A DNA stretch of 53,677 nucleotides from a virus. Positions within the stretch are counted from its first letter, which is position 1. Every line of letters begins with the position of its first letter. Location of the stretch: IMG/VR virus record IMGVR_UViG_3300045988_182168, positions 1 through 53,677 of that record; one strand, 5' to 3'. The notes under the pieces are model-generated. The model was not told the origin of the DNA, made no database searches, and saw only the letters and a program-made list of their open reading frames with translations. Positions 37,954 through 46,079 of this stretch are shown in pieces. A program made the position numbers and the translations under genes.

Positions 37954-39057
37954 ATGGCAGAGATAAGAAAAACAAATATTTTTAAGTATTTAAAAACAAA
38001 ATATAACAATGTAGCGTCTATAGTTAAGATGAATGGTACTCAATCAGCAGGGAGTAGTGATTATATTGCAAGGGCAGATCATGTGCATCCTGTGGATACT
38101 TCAAGAGCAGCATCTAATCATAGTCATGGTAGTTTGGTTAATGATGGGGCATTGAACAGTGACATTACATCAGTTAACAAAGTTGCAGTAACGGATGCAA
38201 CAAATAAGTTGAAAACAATCAGTAAGTTACCATTGAATAACGTAACACATCAAGACATTTCAGGTAAAGCAAATGTAAATCATAGTCATGGTTCTGCATC
38301 TTCATCAGCAAATGGTTTTTTGTCTAAAGAGGATAAATCTAAACTTGATGGTATTGCTACAAACGCTAATAAAACAGTTGTTGATAGTTCATTGAGTAGT
38401 TCATCAACTAATCCTGTACAGAATAAAATCGTGACTAATGCGTTGAATGGTAAAGCTAACAGTAGTCACAGTCACAGTATCAGCAATATTACTAATCTTC
38501 AATCATCATTGGATAGTAAATCAGAAACAGGGCATACTCATGATGACCGTTATTATACTGAAACAGAAATGAATACTAAGTTGAATGGTAAAGCTAACAG
38601 TAGTCACAGTCACAGTATCAGCAATATTACTAATCTTCAATCATCATTGGATAGTAAATCAGAAACAGGGCATACTCATGATGACCGTTATTATACTGAA
38701 ACAGAAATGAATACTAAGTTGAATGGTAAAGCTAACAGTAGTCACACACATACTGCATCTCAAATATCTGACTTAACAGTATCAACACATATACTTGCAA
38801 ACGGAGCAAGACTATACAAATACGGAAAAATCGTATTGGCAGTATTTAATAACTACCAATATTCAGGAAAAACACCATATGTGTGGACAGATTTATTTAA
38901 TATACCTTCAGCTTACAGACCAATATCTACTGACAATATATATGGACATATGTTAGGTACAAATGGGCAAATTGTAGCAGGGTCTAATAAAATTGAACTA
39001 TATCCTCCACAATCAAGCGGGGGTCTTTTTGGACATATTCTTTGGGTAACATCTTAA
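37954..39057 (+). CDS. tail fibre protein with multiple HxH motifs and an internal perfect tandem duplication
   Basis: 'DHVHP', 'NHSHG' x2, 'SHSHS' x2, 'GHTHDD' x2, 'SHTHT'. Confidence 0.6.
   Translation: MAEIRKTNIFKYLKTKYNNVASIVKMNGTQSAGSSDYIARADHVHPVDTSRAASNHSHGSLVNDGALNSDITSVNKVAVTDATNKLKTISKLPLNNVTHQDISGKANVNHSHGSASSSANGFLSKEDKSKLDGIATNANKTVVDSSLSSSSTNPVQNKIVTNALNGKANSSHSHSISNITNLQSSLDSKSETGHTHDDRYYTETEMNTKLNGKANSSHSHSISNITNLQSSLDSKSETGHTHDDRYYTETEMNTKLNGKANSSHTHTASQISDLTVSTHILANGARLYKYGKIVLAVFNNYQYSGKTPYVWTDLFNIPSAYRPISTDNIYGHMLGTNGQIVAGSNKIELYPPQSSGGLFGHILWVTS
38443..38746 (+). repeat. 138-bp in-frame tandem repeat, 2.2 copies, 100 percent identical
   Basis: Units start at 38443, 38581 and 38719. 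Compared by eye base by base. Confidence 0.9.
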
Positions 39058-39091
39058 TAATTTAAATATAGATAAATTTATATAAAATATT

Positions 39092-40156
39092 ATGTATATG
39101 AATAGAATTAAATATTTAGATGCGATAAAATTTATAGCTATTTTAAGTATTATATGTATTCATGTAGCTATTATTTGGCCTTATTCTGAAATTAAGGGTT
39201 ATAATATTTCAGGTTTTTCAGAATTTTGTCGTTTTGGTGTTCCTTTATTTTTAATGGTGAGTGGAGCTCTATTGCTTGGAAGAGAACATGATTTACGCTC
39301 TTTTTTAGAGAAAAGATTAACAAGAATTATAATTCCATTTATATTTTGGGCAATAATATTTGCAGTTTTCATTTTAATATTATTCTTTTCATTAAAGAAT
39401 AATTATTTGAATAATTATCCTTTAGAGTGGGGATGGTATTTTTGGATGGTTTTAGGAGCATATTTAACAATTCCTATTATTAATGAATTTATTGTTAATA
39501 AAGGGATGAGAGGAGCTAAATATTTTATTGTATTATTTATAATTTCATCATTATTTTATCAAATACTTATATTTTTCAACATATCTTCTTTTGTTGATTT
39601 AAGATTTTTTTTAGGTCCTATAAATTATATTGTTTTGGGGTTTTATCTTTCAAATAAAAAATTTTCTTTATCAACAAATAAAATTATTATTTTATCTTTG
39701 ATATTATTCATAATTACTAGTTTATGTAAAGTTGGTTTGAATTTAGTATCATGGGAGAATACTCATTTAATTATTAATGATAATAATTTATGTTTACTTT
39801 CATATTTAGATGTAAGTATTTTTGAGATTATACAGTCTTCAAGTATGTTTTTGATAATTAAGGGTTTGTATTCAAATGATAATGGTTTTCTTAAAAAGAT
39901 TAAAGATTCATTTTTAGAAAATAGTATTATTAAAAAGTTTATATTGTCTGTGAGTAAAGCTAGTTATGGTATGTATCTTTCACATGTGTTTTTTATCACT
40001 TTAGCAAATTATTATTTAGCAAATATTCCTCTTACAGGTACTCAAAATGCTTTATTGATTGTTGTATTATCAATAATAATCTTTTTAAGTTCATGGATTC
40101 TTATAGTGATTACAAGTAAAATTCATTTGATTAAAAAAGTATGTGGATATCATTAA
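39092..40156 (+). CDS. membrane acyltransferase family 3 (OafA/Oac-like)
   Basis: 'NRIKYLDAIKFIAILSIICIHV' N-terminal signature and about 10 hydrophobic segments over 354 aa. Confidence 0.7.
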   Translation: MYMNRIKYLDAIKFIAILSIICIHVAIIWPYSEIKGYNISGFSEFCRFGVPLFLMVSGALLLGREHDLRSFLEKRLTRIIIPFIFWAIIFAVFILILFFSLKNNYLNNYPLEWGWYFWMVLGAYLTIPIINEFIVNKGMRGAKYFIVLFIISSLFYQILIFFNISSFVDLRFFLGPINYIVLGFYLSNKKFSLSTNKIIILSLILFIITSLCKVGLNLVSWENTHLIINDNNLCLLSYLDVSIFEIIQSSSMFLIIKGLYSNDNGFLKKIKDSFLENSIIKKFILSVSKASYGMYLSHVFFITLANYYLANIPLTGTQNALLIVVLSIIIFLSSWILIVITSKIHLIKKVCGYH

Positions 40157-40449
40157 TTTTTTTTTATTTCCAATAAAGAAAACTATTCTTTTTTTTAACT
40201 ATCTAATATATTTTTTTTTAAACAAAGATAATTCTTCAATGAGGATATCTTTTTTTTATCATATTTAATTTATTTTTTTAAGTTAGCATCATTTTTATTT
40301 TAAACTACTTTAAAAAATGATTTGGAAGGGGGGGGGAAGAAAGTGTAATAACAGTACCTTTTGTTTGAATGATGAATGGATTATTTTTAAATATTTTTTT
40401 TTAAAATGCAACAGAATAAATACTATTTTTTTTTAAAGGAGCGTAAAAC

Positions 40450-41376
40450 ATGACTAGAGAGTATATTAATTATACAAATTATAGTTATATGTGCAATAGA
40501 ATTGCTTACTGGCTTGTTAATAATAATAAAAAATTCAATACAAGAAATGTATATGGATATATGAACCGTAGTGCAGATTACGGTACAATAATTCGTGTGA
40601 TTAAAGAAAGAGGTACAAATTACCCATCTGACAGTCTTATAACTGAATTTGTGGAATGTGCCATACATGACAATAAAGATTTAAGCTTTTTACCAAATTA
40701 TGTGGTTGATAAAAATGGTAAGAAGTATATGAAAGATACTTATGTTGATATGTGTCGCAGAGTATCAGCATATGAAGTATTACATGGTGTGAGTCCTGCA
40801 ATAGTATATTTAACTGGCAATACATCAGTACAAAATACTACAAACAATAATAAATTATATAATTATTTAACAACTTCAGGCTGTGCAGGTATGGGACAAT
40901 GCACACCATATAATTGTGCTTGTAATAGTCTACAACAATGTTTTTATAGATTAACTGGGATTCAGGTATCAGAATCCACTATTGCAAGTGTAGCTGGAAC
41001 AACAACCTCAGGTACTGGACATCCAGGTATTAATACAGCTGTTGCATGGTTTAATCGCAAATATGGACAGAACATTAAAATTACTTGGAAAAACTTTAAG
41101 GATTTAGGAGGTTCTGATTCAGCAAGATGGAATAAATTAAACCAGTATGCATCAAATGGAGCTGTATTTTGCCACATATTATACCGTAATAAATGGGGAC
41201 ATTATGAAGTGCTTAAATCAGTGAATGGTAATAATGTAACTGTTTTAAATAGTTTAGGGAACAGATGTCACAAGCCAGCGTACTGTGGATATATAGAGAC
41301 CCGTAGTAAGTCAAATCAATTATCTTATATGAGGGGAATTAGCCAACCGAGTGTTGCAATCTTAACAAAAGGGTGA
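40450..41376 (+). CDS. pseudomurein endoisopeptidase (PeiW/PeiP-like, peptidase C71) with N-terminal pseudomurein-binding repeats
   Basis: 308 aa, the size of PeiW/PeiP. Repeats of type 'YVDMCRRVSAYEVLHGVSPAIVYL'. C-terminal 'GQCTPYNCACNSLQQ' (Cys) and 'WGHYEVL' (His). Confidence 0.75.
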   Translation: MTREYINYTNYSYMCNRIAYWLVNNNKKFNTRNVYGYMNRSADYGTIIRVIKERGTNYPSDSLITEFVECAIHDNKDLSFLPNYVVDKNGKKYMKDTYVDMCRRVSAYEVLHGVSPAIVYLTGNTSVQNTTNNNKLYNYLTTSGCAGMGQCTPYNCACNSLQQCFYRLTGIQVSESTIASVAGTTTSGTGHPGINTAVAWFNRKYGQNIKITWKNFKDLGGSDSARWNKLNQYASNGAVFCHILYRNKWGHYEVLKSVNGNNVTVLNSLGNRCHKPAYCGYIETRSKSNQLSYMRGISQPSVAILTKG

Positions 41377-41381
41377 GAATT

Positions 41382-41567
41382 ATGGCAGAAATGAAAGAAG
41401 GTTTAAAAGAAACATTAGATAATTTACAACAAGAATGTAATAAATTGTATGAAGAAGATGGTTTGATAGATGAAGTTATGGATTTGCAATTGGTAATTAA
41501 TTCATTGAGAAACAAGTTTGATTTAGTTGATGAATCAGAACAGGTATATGATGAATTTGTACAATAA
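41382..41567 (+). CDS. small acidic coiled-coil protein
   Basis: ATG 41382 just after the pei stop. 61 aa. Confidence 0.4.
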   Translation: MAEMKEGLKETLDNLQQECNKLYEEDGLIDEVMDLQLVINSLRNKFDLVDESEQVYDEFVQ

Positions 41568-41600
41568 AAATGAATTAATAACATAATTGGGAACTGTTGG

Positions 41601-41639
41601 AAGTTTATCAACTAATGGTTGATAAACTTATTTTTTTTA
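41601..41639 (+). terminator. stem-loop plus T-run at the end of the late operon
   Basis: AAGTTTATCAAC-taatg-GTTGATAAACTT followed by ATTTTTTTT. Confidence 0.65.
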
Positions 41640-41836
41640 TTCAATAATTTAATTATGCATGAATCCCCTTTAAAAAGAGTATATAAATCAATTTTTTTAT
41701 CCAGTAGAATATTCTTTTTTTTGACAGTATTCGTCATATAATTTTGGCAAAACAACAAATAGTGATTCATAAGGTTTTAATCTTAATGAATATTATATTA
41801 AGATTATTAGATGATAAAAACAAAGGAGAAGATATA

Positions 41837-42133
41837 ATGAGTGAAGAATGTTATTATACCATAGAAAGAGATGATTGTAAGGTTAGTTATATTATTGAAT
41901 GGACTGATGAGGAAGGAGAATTGTTCTTTTTAGATGATGCTAACCAAAGATGCACTTTAGATGACTTACATATTTCATTTGTTGACAAAGATTTCCAAAA
42001 AGAATATGAGGAGTTTTTGCTTATCATTAATCACATTAGTGAGTCTGAATTAAATTTACTTGACTATAGTGCAGATTTAGAAGTAGAGGAAACCATTAAA
42101 GTTTTAGGATTAACAATTAAAAGAATAAGTTAA
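41837..42133 (+). CDS. acidic hypothetical protein
   Basis: ATG 41837 after AAAGGAGA, in frame with tracked ORF 41744-42133. Confidence 0.45.
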   Translation: MSEECYYTIERDDCKVSYIIEWTDEEGELFFLDDANQRCTLDDLHISFVDKDFQKEYEEFLLIINHISESELNLLDYSADLEVEETIKVLGLTIKRIS

Positions 42134-42197
42134 TTATTAATCTATTTCTTTTTTTTAAAACCCAATATAATATTTGTTATAATTATTGGTAATAAAA

Positions 42198-42423
42198 AAA
42201 GGAGAAGATGTTTAAATCTCCTCCTTTATTATTCTGATTTCTAATTATTTTTAAATCCCATAAATAAGATATTTTTTTTATTCTTATCCCAATGTTGGTC
42301 TGATTTTTCTTATAGGATTCGTTTTATCAAAAGAGGTAGGAGGATTGACCTACCTCTTAATAAGACTATATAGGACTGATTAAATTATAAAATCAGTCAA
42401 TACTTACAAATATTTTGTAAGTA
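42198..42423. other. cluster of four strong hairpins in a non-coding region
   Basis: 42198-42227 (12 bp, 1 mismatch), 42331-42358 (10 bp perfect), 42374-42398 (8 bp), 42401-42423 (10 bp perfect). Confidence 0.6.
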
Positions 42424-42649
42424 CATTTACTTTTTATGTTATCCTTTTTATATATAGTTTGTGTTTGTATTTTATGGTGTAAATAATTGAAAGAAAACGA
42501 ATCTACAGTTAATTATCTTGAAACTAAAAATATGATTAAAGAAGATTTGACAAATTTTAAAAAATTCCGATCATATATTAAAATTTAAATATATTATATT
42601 ATTGAATAAAAATAAAAAAATAAGGATATTAATCAAAATATAATAATTT

Positions 42650-42898
42650 TTATCTTTTTTTGAATTTATCTAAAACATTACATAACCCATCATCAAACAA
42701 CATTTCCTCAATAGCAGACAACCTATTATTCATAGTCTTCACTTCAACCTCTTTTTCCTGATATTTACCTTCTAACTCCAAATATTCTGGAGATTTATAA
42801 GTAATATTATTCCAATTAATCATCAAACAATCAAGATGATTAATATATTCTTCACGGAGTTTTTCAGGATCTTCCATAAAACAGTAACTTATGAACAA
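42650..42898 (-). pseudogene. 3' fragment of a second tyrosine integrase gene
   Basis: 'SYCFMEDPEKLREEYINHLDCLMIN..ITYKSPEYLELE' aligns by eye with the C-terminus of the intact integrase, 'EVYFMTNPADLKQEYIQHLPALSIN..ITVKSPEFLKLE'. Identity is clear but partial. Confidence 0.65.
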
Positions 42899-43090
42899 CC
42901 TGCATTCACATTGAAAAGTGGAGATATCTATAAGAACATCTCGTGGAGTGAATTAAAAAAAGCAGAAGTAGGTACTCAATGGAGCAATAGTGAAACAGCA
43001 ACAGTAATATACAAAGATGAATTTGGTGCACTTATAAGATTTATAGATTCTTACAAGGATGCTTATTTAAATTACTTCCACTTTTTATAA
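42890..43090 (+). pseudogene. 3' fragment of a paralogue of gene 45643-45975
   Basis: 'EQPAFTL...WSNSETATVIYKDEFGALIRFIDSYKDAYLNYFHFL' versus 'EQPIFTI...WGNEKQNATIVFKDKQGAFIRFNDEDEVFLEYYHFI'. Lacks the N-terminal RHH part. Confidence 0.6.
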
Positions 43091-43291
43091 ATGCAGTACA
43101 AGGATAATGGTTTAATTTTTGGGGGGGATAAAATTTAAAACCTATTTTTGATATAATATTTAATCGAGTAGAATGTTTTAAGTATGTTATAATTAACTCA
43201 TTGTAGACACGACAGTAGACATATTATCACATACTTATCAAATGCACTCTACATCAAACAATATAAAAAGAGAAAAATAGATTTGATAAAT

Positions 43292-44446
43292 ATGAGAACC
43301 ACTGAAGAAATCCTAAATGAGATCCATTCTGTTAAAAATCATAAAAAAACAACACAGCACATTTACAAACATTCAATAAATAAATATTGTGAATTGAATA
43401 AGTTATCATTAGCCGAATTAATCGAAGAAGCAGAAAAAGAAGAAGAACAGGGTATACGATGGAAACATCGTACATTAAAAAGAAGATTATTAAATTTTCG
43501 CAAGTATTTGATGGATAATTATTATTATAACACTGTATCAAATACTTTCACACCAGTTCTTGTTGTATATAAATATTTTGAAATTGAAATACATGATCTG
43601 CCACGAATTGATAAAAAAAGTTATAATAATCCCAAACCTATCAGTTTTAAAGATTTACCTGATAAAGAAGTTATTCGTGAAGCAGTTAATATATGTACTT
43701 CTACCATGAAGGCTATTATATTATTCATGAGTAGTTCAGGTTGTGCCAGAAGAGAAACATTAAATTTAACTGTAATGGACTATATGAACGCAACTAAAGA
43801 ATACCATAATACAGACAATATTATGGAAATGATAGATGTGTTAAATAATATTGATAATGTTGTCCCTACTTTTAATATTTTAAGGCAAAAAACACAGAAA
43901 TATTATATTACATATTGCAGTCCAGAAGCAGTCACAGCTATAAATCATCACTTATTATCAAGACAAAATTTAACACCAGAATCCCAACTATTCAAAATAC
44001 ATGAAGACTACCTAAACCAACAATTCATTAAAATAAACAATGAATTAGGATTAGGAAAAGCAGGAAACTACAACAGATTCCGCAGCCACATGCTCAGAAA
44101 ATTCCACGCCTCAACACTATATAATGATGGTATGAGTCTGGACAAAGTAAATGACCTGCAAGGCAAATCAAAAAACAGTACTGATGAAGTATATTTCATG
44201 ACCAATCCTGCTGATTTAAAACAGGAATATATTCAACATTTACCAGCATTATCAATTAATACAGAAGTTGAAAAGATCACTGTTAAATCTCCAGAATTTT
44301 TAAAATTAGAAACAGAAAATCGTGAAAAAGATGAAAAAATCAAAGATTATGAAAAATTAATCTATGATATTGATGAAAGATTACGAAATATTGAGAAAAA
44401 AGAAGAAAATTTCAAAGAAAATGACTTTGAAAATTTATTAATTTAA
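43292..44446 (+). CDS. int: tyrosine recombinase / integrase
   Basis: 'GCARRETLNL' (Arg), 'RSHMLRKFHAS' (H-x-x-R...H), 'DEVYFM' (Tyr). The ATG at 43292 is in frame with the tracked TTG at 43283. Confidence 0.8.
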   Translation: MRTTEEILNEIHSVKNHKKTTQHIYKHSINKYCELNKLSLAELIEEAEKEEEQGIRWKHRTLKRRLLNFRKYLMDNYYYNTVSNTFTPVLVVYKYFEIEIHDLPRIDKKSYNNPKPISFKDLPDKEVIREAVNICTSTMKAIILFMSSSGCARRETLNLTVMDYMNATKEYHNTDNIMEMIDVLNNIDNVVPTFNILRQKTQKYYITYCSPEAVTAINHHLLSRQNLTPESQLFKIHEDYLNQQFIKINNELGLGKAGNYNRFRSHMLRKFHASTLYNDGMSLDKVNDLQGKSKNSTDEVYFMTNPADLKQEYIQHLPALSINTEVEKITVKSPEFLKLETENREKDEKIKDYEKLIYDIDERLRNIEKKEENFKENDFENLLI

Positions 44447-44515
44447 AAATTTTTTGACAAGGTTTATATGTTTAATAAAAGATATTTATTAAATAACTAT
44501 TTTGGAGGAAGTTAA

Positions 44516-44791
44516 ATGAAAAAGGATGCAAGAAGCTTAAGAGTGCTTCAAGAGGGGATTTCCCTTAAAGAAGTTTTTAATGTTGATTTTTTAAAAAAAC
44601 TTGAAGAAAACTTTGAAAATCTTGAAGTTATACCTATAAATGCAGCTTTTGTTTTAAAAGATGGGGAAATAAATAAGGATATTCTTACTTTATCTTATAG
44701 GAATGATGAAGAAATAAAAAGTAATACAGTTCTTATTGATGTTCAAAATAATCCTGAAACATTGGATATTATTAGAAAAACTTTAGAATAA
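44516..44791 (+). CDS. hypothetical protein
   Basis: 91-aa ORF after GGAGGAAG. Confidence 0.45.
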   Translation: MKKDARSLRVLQEGISLKEVFNVDFLKKLEENFENLEVIPINAAFVLKDGEINKDILTLSYRNDEEIKSNTVLIDVQNNPETLDIIRKTLE

Positions 44792-44810
44792 ACATTTATA
44801 GGTGGTGTCT

Positions 44811-45170
44811 ATGGTGTATTCAGTTGATAAAAATTATGGATATAATAAACCTTCTAATATTGTAGGGGATTTTTTTAAAAATAAGTTTTTTAAAAAATCA
44901 TCCACAGAGTCTTTTGAAAGTAAAATCACTGAATTTTATGATGAACTTATAAAAATTTCTGACAATTTAGGATTAGGAAAAAATATATCTATTGATACAG
45001 TGTATGATGGATTATATCCTGAAAAAGTATTTACAATTAATGTTCCATTTCATATTGATAGGAAAGAAAAATATTCTCTGTTAGACCAAATTATTAATGA
45101 TATGGTTATCTTTTCAAAGGAAAATAATATGTTTGATTTCTATAAAGATACCTATATTTTAATTAAATAA
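44811..45170 (+). CDS. hypothetical protein upstream of the HEPN-like gene
   Basis: ATG 44811 after AGGTGG. No nucleotidyltransferase GS/DxD motif seen. Confidence 0.45.
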   Translation: MVYSVDKNYGYNKPSNIVGDFFKNKFFKKSSTESFESKITEFYDELIKISDNLGLGKNISIDTVYDGLYPEKVFTINVPFHIDRKEKYSLLDQIINDMVIFSKENNMFDFYKDTYILIK

Positions 45171-45174
45171 TTTA

Positions 45175-45600
45175 TTGGGGGTTTTATACATTAATATTGA
45201 AAAATACCCTCAATATGAATTATATAAATTCACTAAGCAGTTATATGAAAATAAAGAAGAATTAATCCCTGAAAATTGCGATAATCGTTGTGTGTTTAGT
45301 ACTATTATCAATAGGTGCTATTACAGTGCTTATTTATATGTTAGTTTGTGGCTTCAGGAAGTTTATAAATTTAAACCATTGTCTAAAGAAGACTTTGGTG
45401 AAAATGAGTTTATTACAGAACATAGGCAAGTTCAATATGAACTTCTTGAGGTCAATCAGTATTCTGTTAGGAATAAACTATATGATTTATTTAATTTAAG
45501 AAAAAAAGCAGATTATGATCCTTTTTATAATATCTCTGAAGGTGAATTGGATGATGCTATGTACCTTATGGAACAAATTTTTAAAACTTTAAAAATTTGA
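45175..45600 (+). CDS. HEPN-fold protein (UPF0332-like)
   Basis: 'NRCYYSAYLYVSLWL' and 'LRKKADYD...DDAMYLMEQIFKTL' resemble the SRaYYA / R-x-x-aDY pattern I recall for this family. TTG start, uncertain. Confidence 0.5.
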   Translation: MGVLYINIEKYPQYELYKFTKQLYENKEELIPENCDNRCVFSTIINRCYYSAYLYVSLWLQEVYKFKPLSKEDFGENEFITEHRQVQYELLEVNQYSVRNKLYDLFNLRKKADYDPFYNISEGELDDAMYLMEQIFKTLKI

Positions 45601-45642
45601 GGTTTTATGGATTTATTTTTAATATTAAAAAAAAGAATGGTT

Positions 45643-45975
45643 TTAGATGAAGTGGTAGTATTCTAGGAATACTTCATCTTCATCATTGAATCTTATAAAT
45701 GCTCCTTGTTTATCTTTAAATACTATTGTTGCGTTTTGTTTTTCGTTTCCCCATGTTTTACCTGTATTGTTGTTTTTCAGGTCTGTGAATGTTATAGGGG
45801 TGTTGTTTATTGTGAATATTGGTTGTTCTTTTATGAACTCGTAGTTTTCGTTTACTGTTCGAGGTATTAGTTGTTCTAGTGTTTCGTTTAGTGATTTGCA
45901 GTTGTTTTGTATTTTTATTAATTGTATTTTTTCAGCTATTTCTTTTTTTATTCTTATGCTGGTGTAGTCAGTCAT
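45643..45975 (-). CDS. ribbon-helix-helix (CopG/Arc-like) DNA-binding protein with an extra C-terminal domain; repressor candidate
   Basis: N-terminal 'TSIRIKKEIAEKIQLIKIQNNCKSLNETLEQLI' fits a beta-strand plus two helices. Minus-strand orientation beside the integrase block. Confidence 0.5.
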   Translation of the reverse strand: MTDYTSIRIKKEIAEKIQLIKIQNNCKSLNETLEQLIPRTVNENYEFIKEQPIFTINNTPITFTDLKNNNTGKTWGNEKQNATIVFKDKQGAFIRFNDEDEVFLEYYHFI

Positions 45976-46041
45976 TTTTTATCATCTTCCTTTTTTAGGT
46001 TTTATAATATAAAAAAAATATGGAGGGGGTTAGATTAATGG

Positions 46042-46058
46042 GTTTCAGTAGGTGAAAC
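46042..46058. promoter_or_regulatory. GTTTCA-n5-TGAAAC inverted repeat upstream of the RHH gene
   Basis: Same half-sites as the palindromes at 7221-7263. About 65 bp upstream of the RHH start codon. Confidence 0.4.
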
Positions 46059-46079
46059 TTATTAAAATAACCAATCATT

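Noticed and set aside
38443-38746. Possible CRISPR array (regular repeats)
   Set aside because: The units are directly adjacent 138-bp in-frame coding duplications with no spacers. No CRISPR-like array or cas gene was seen anywhere in the window.
33146-39057. Diversity-generating retroelement targeting the fibre genes
   Set aside because: No reverse transcriptase motif (YxDD context) and no template/variable repeat pair with A-specific mismatches was found. The only repeat is perfectly identical.
42836-42889. N-terminal part of tracked plus ORF 42836-43090
   Set aside because: This stretch is simply the antisense of the integrase fragment. Only the part from about 42890 is homologous to the RHH-gene paralogue.
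45290-45499. Alternative-frame ORFs nested inside supported genes (45290-45499 in the HEPN-like gene, 10113-10331 in the portal gene, 24727-24960, 49705-49938)
   Set aside because: They lie entirely within better-supported frames, with no independent SD or motif.
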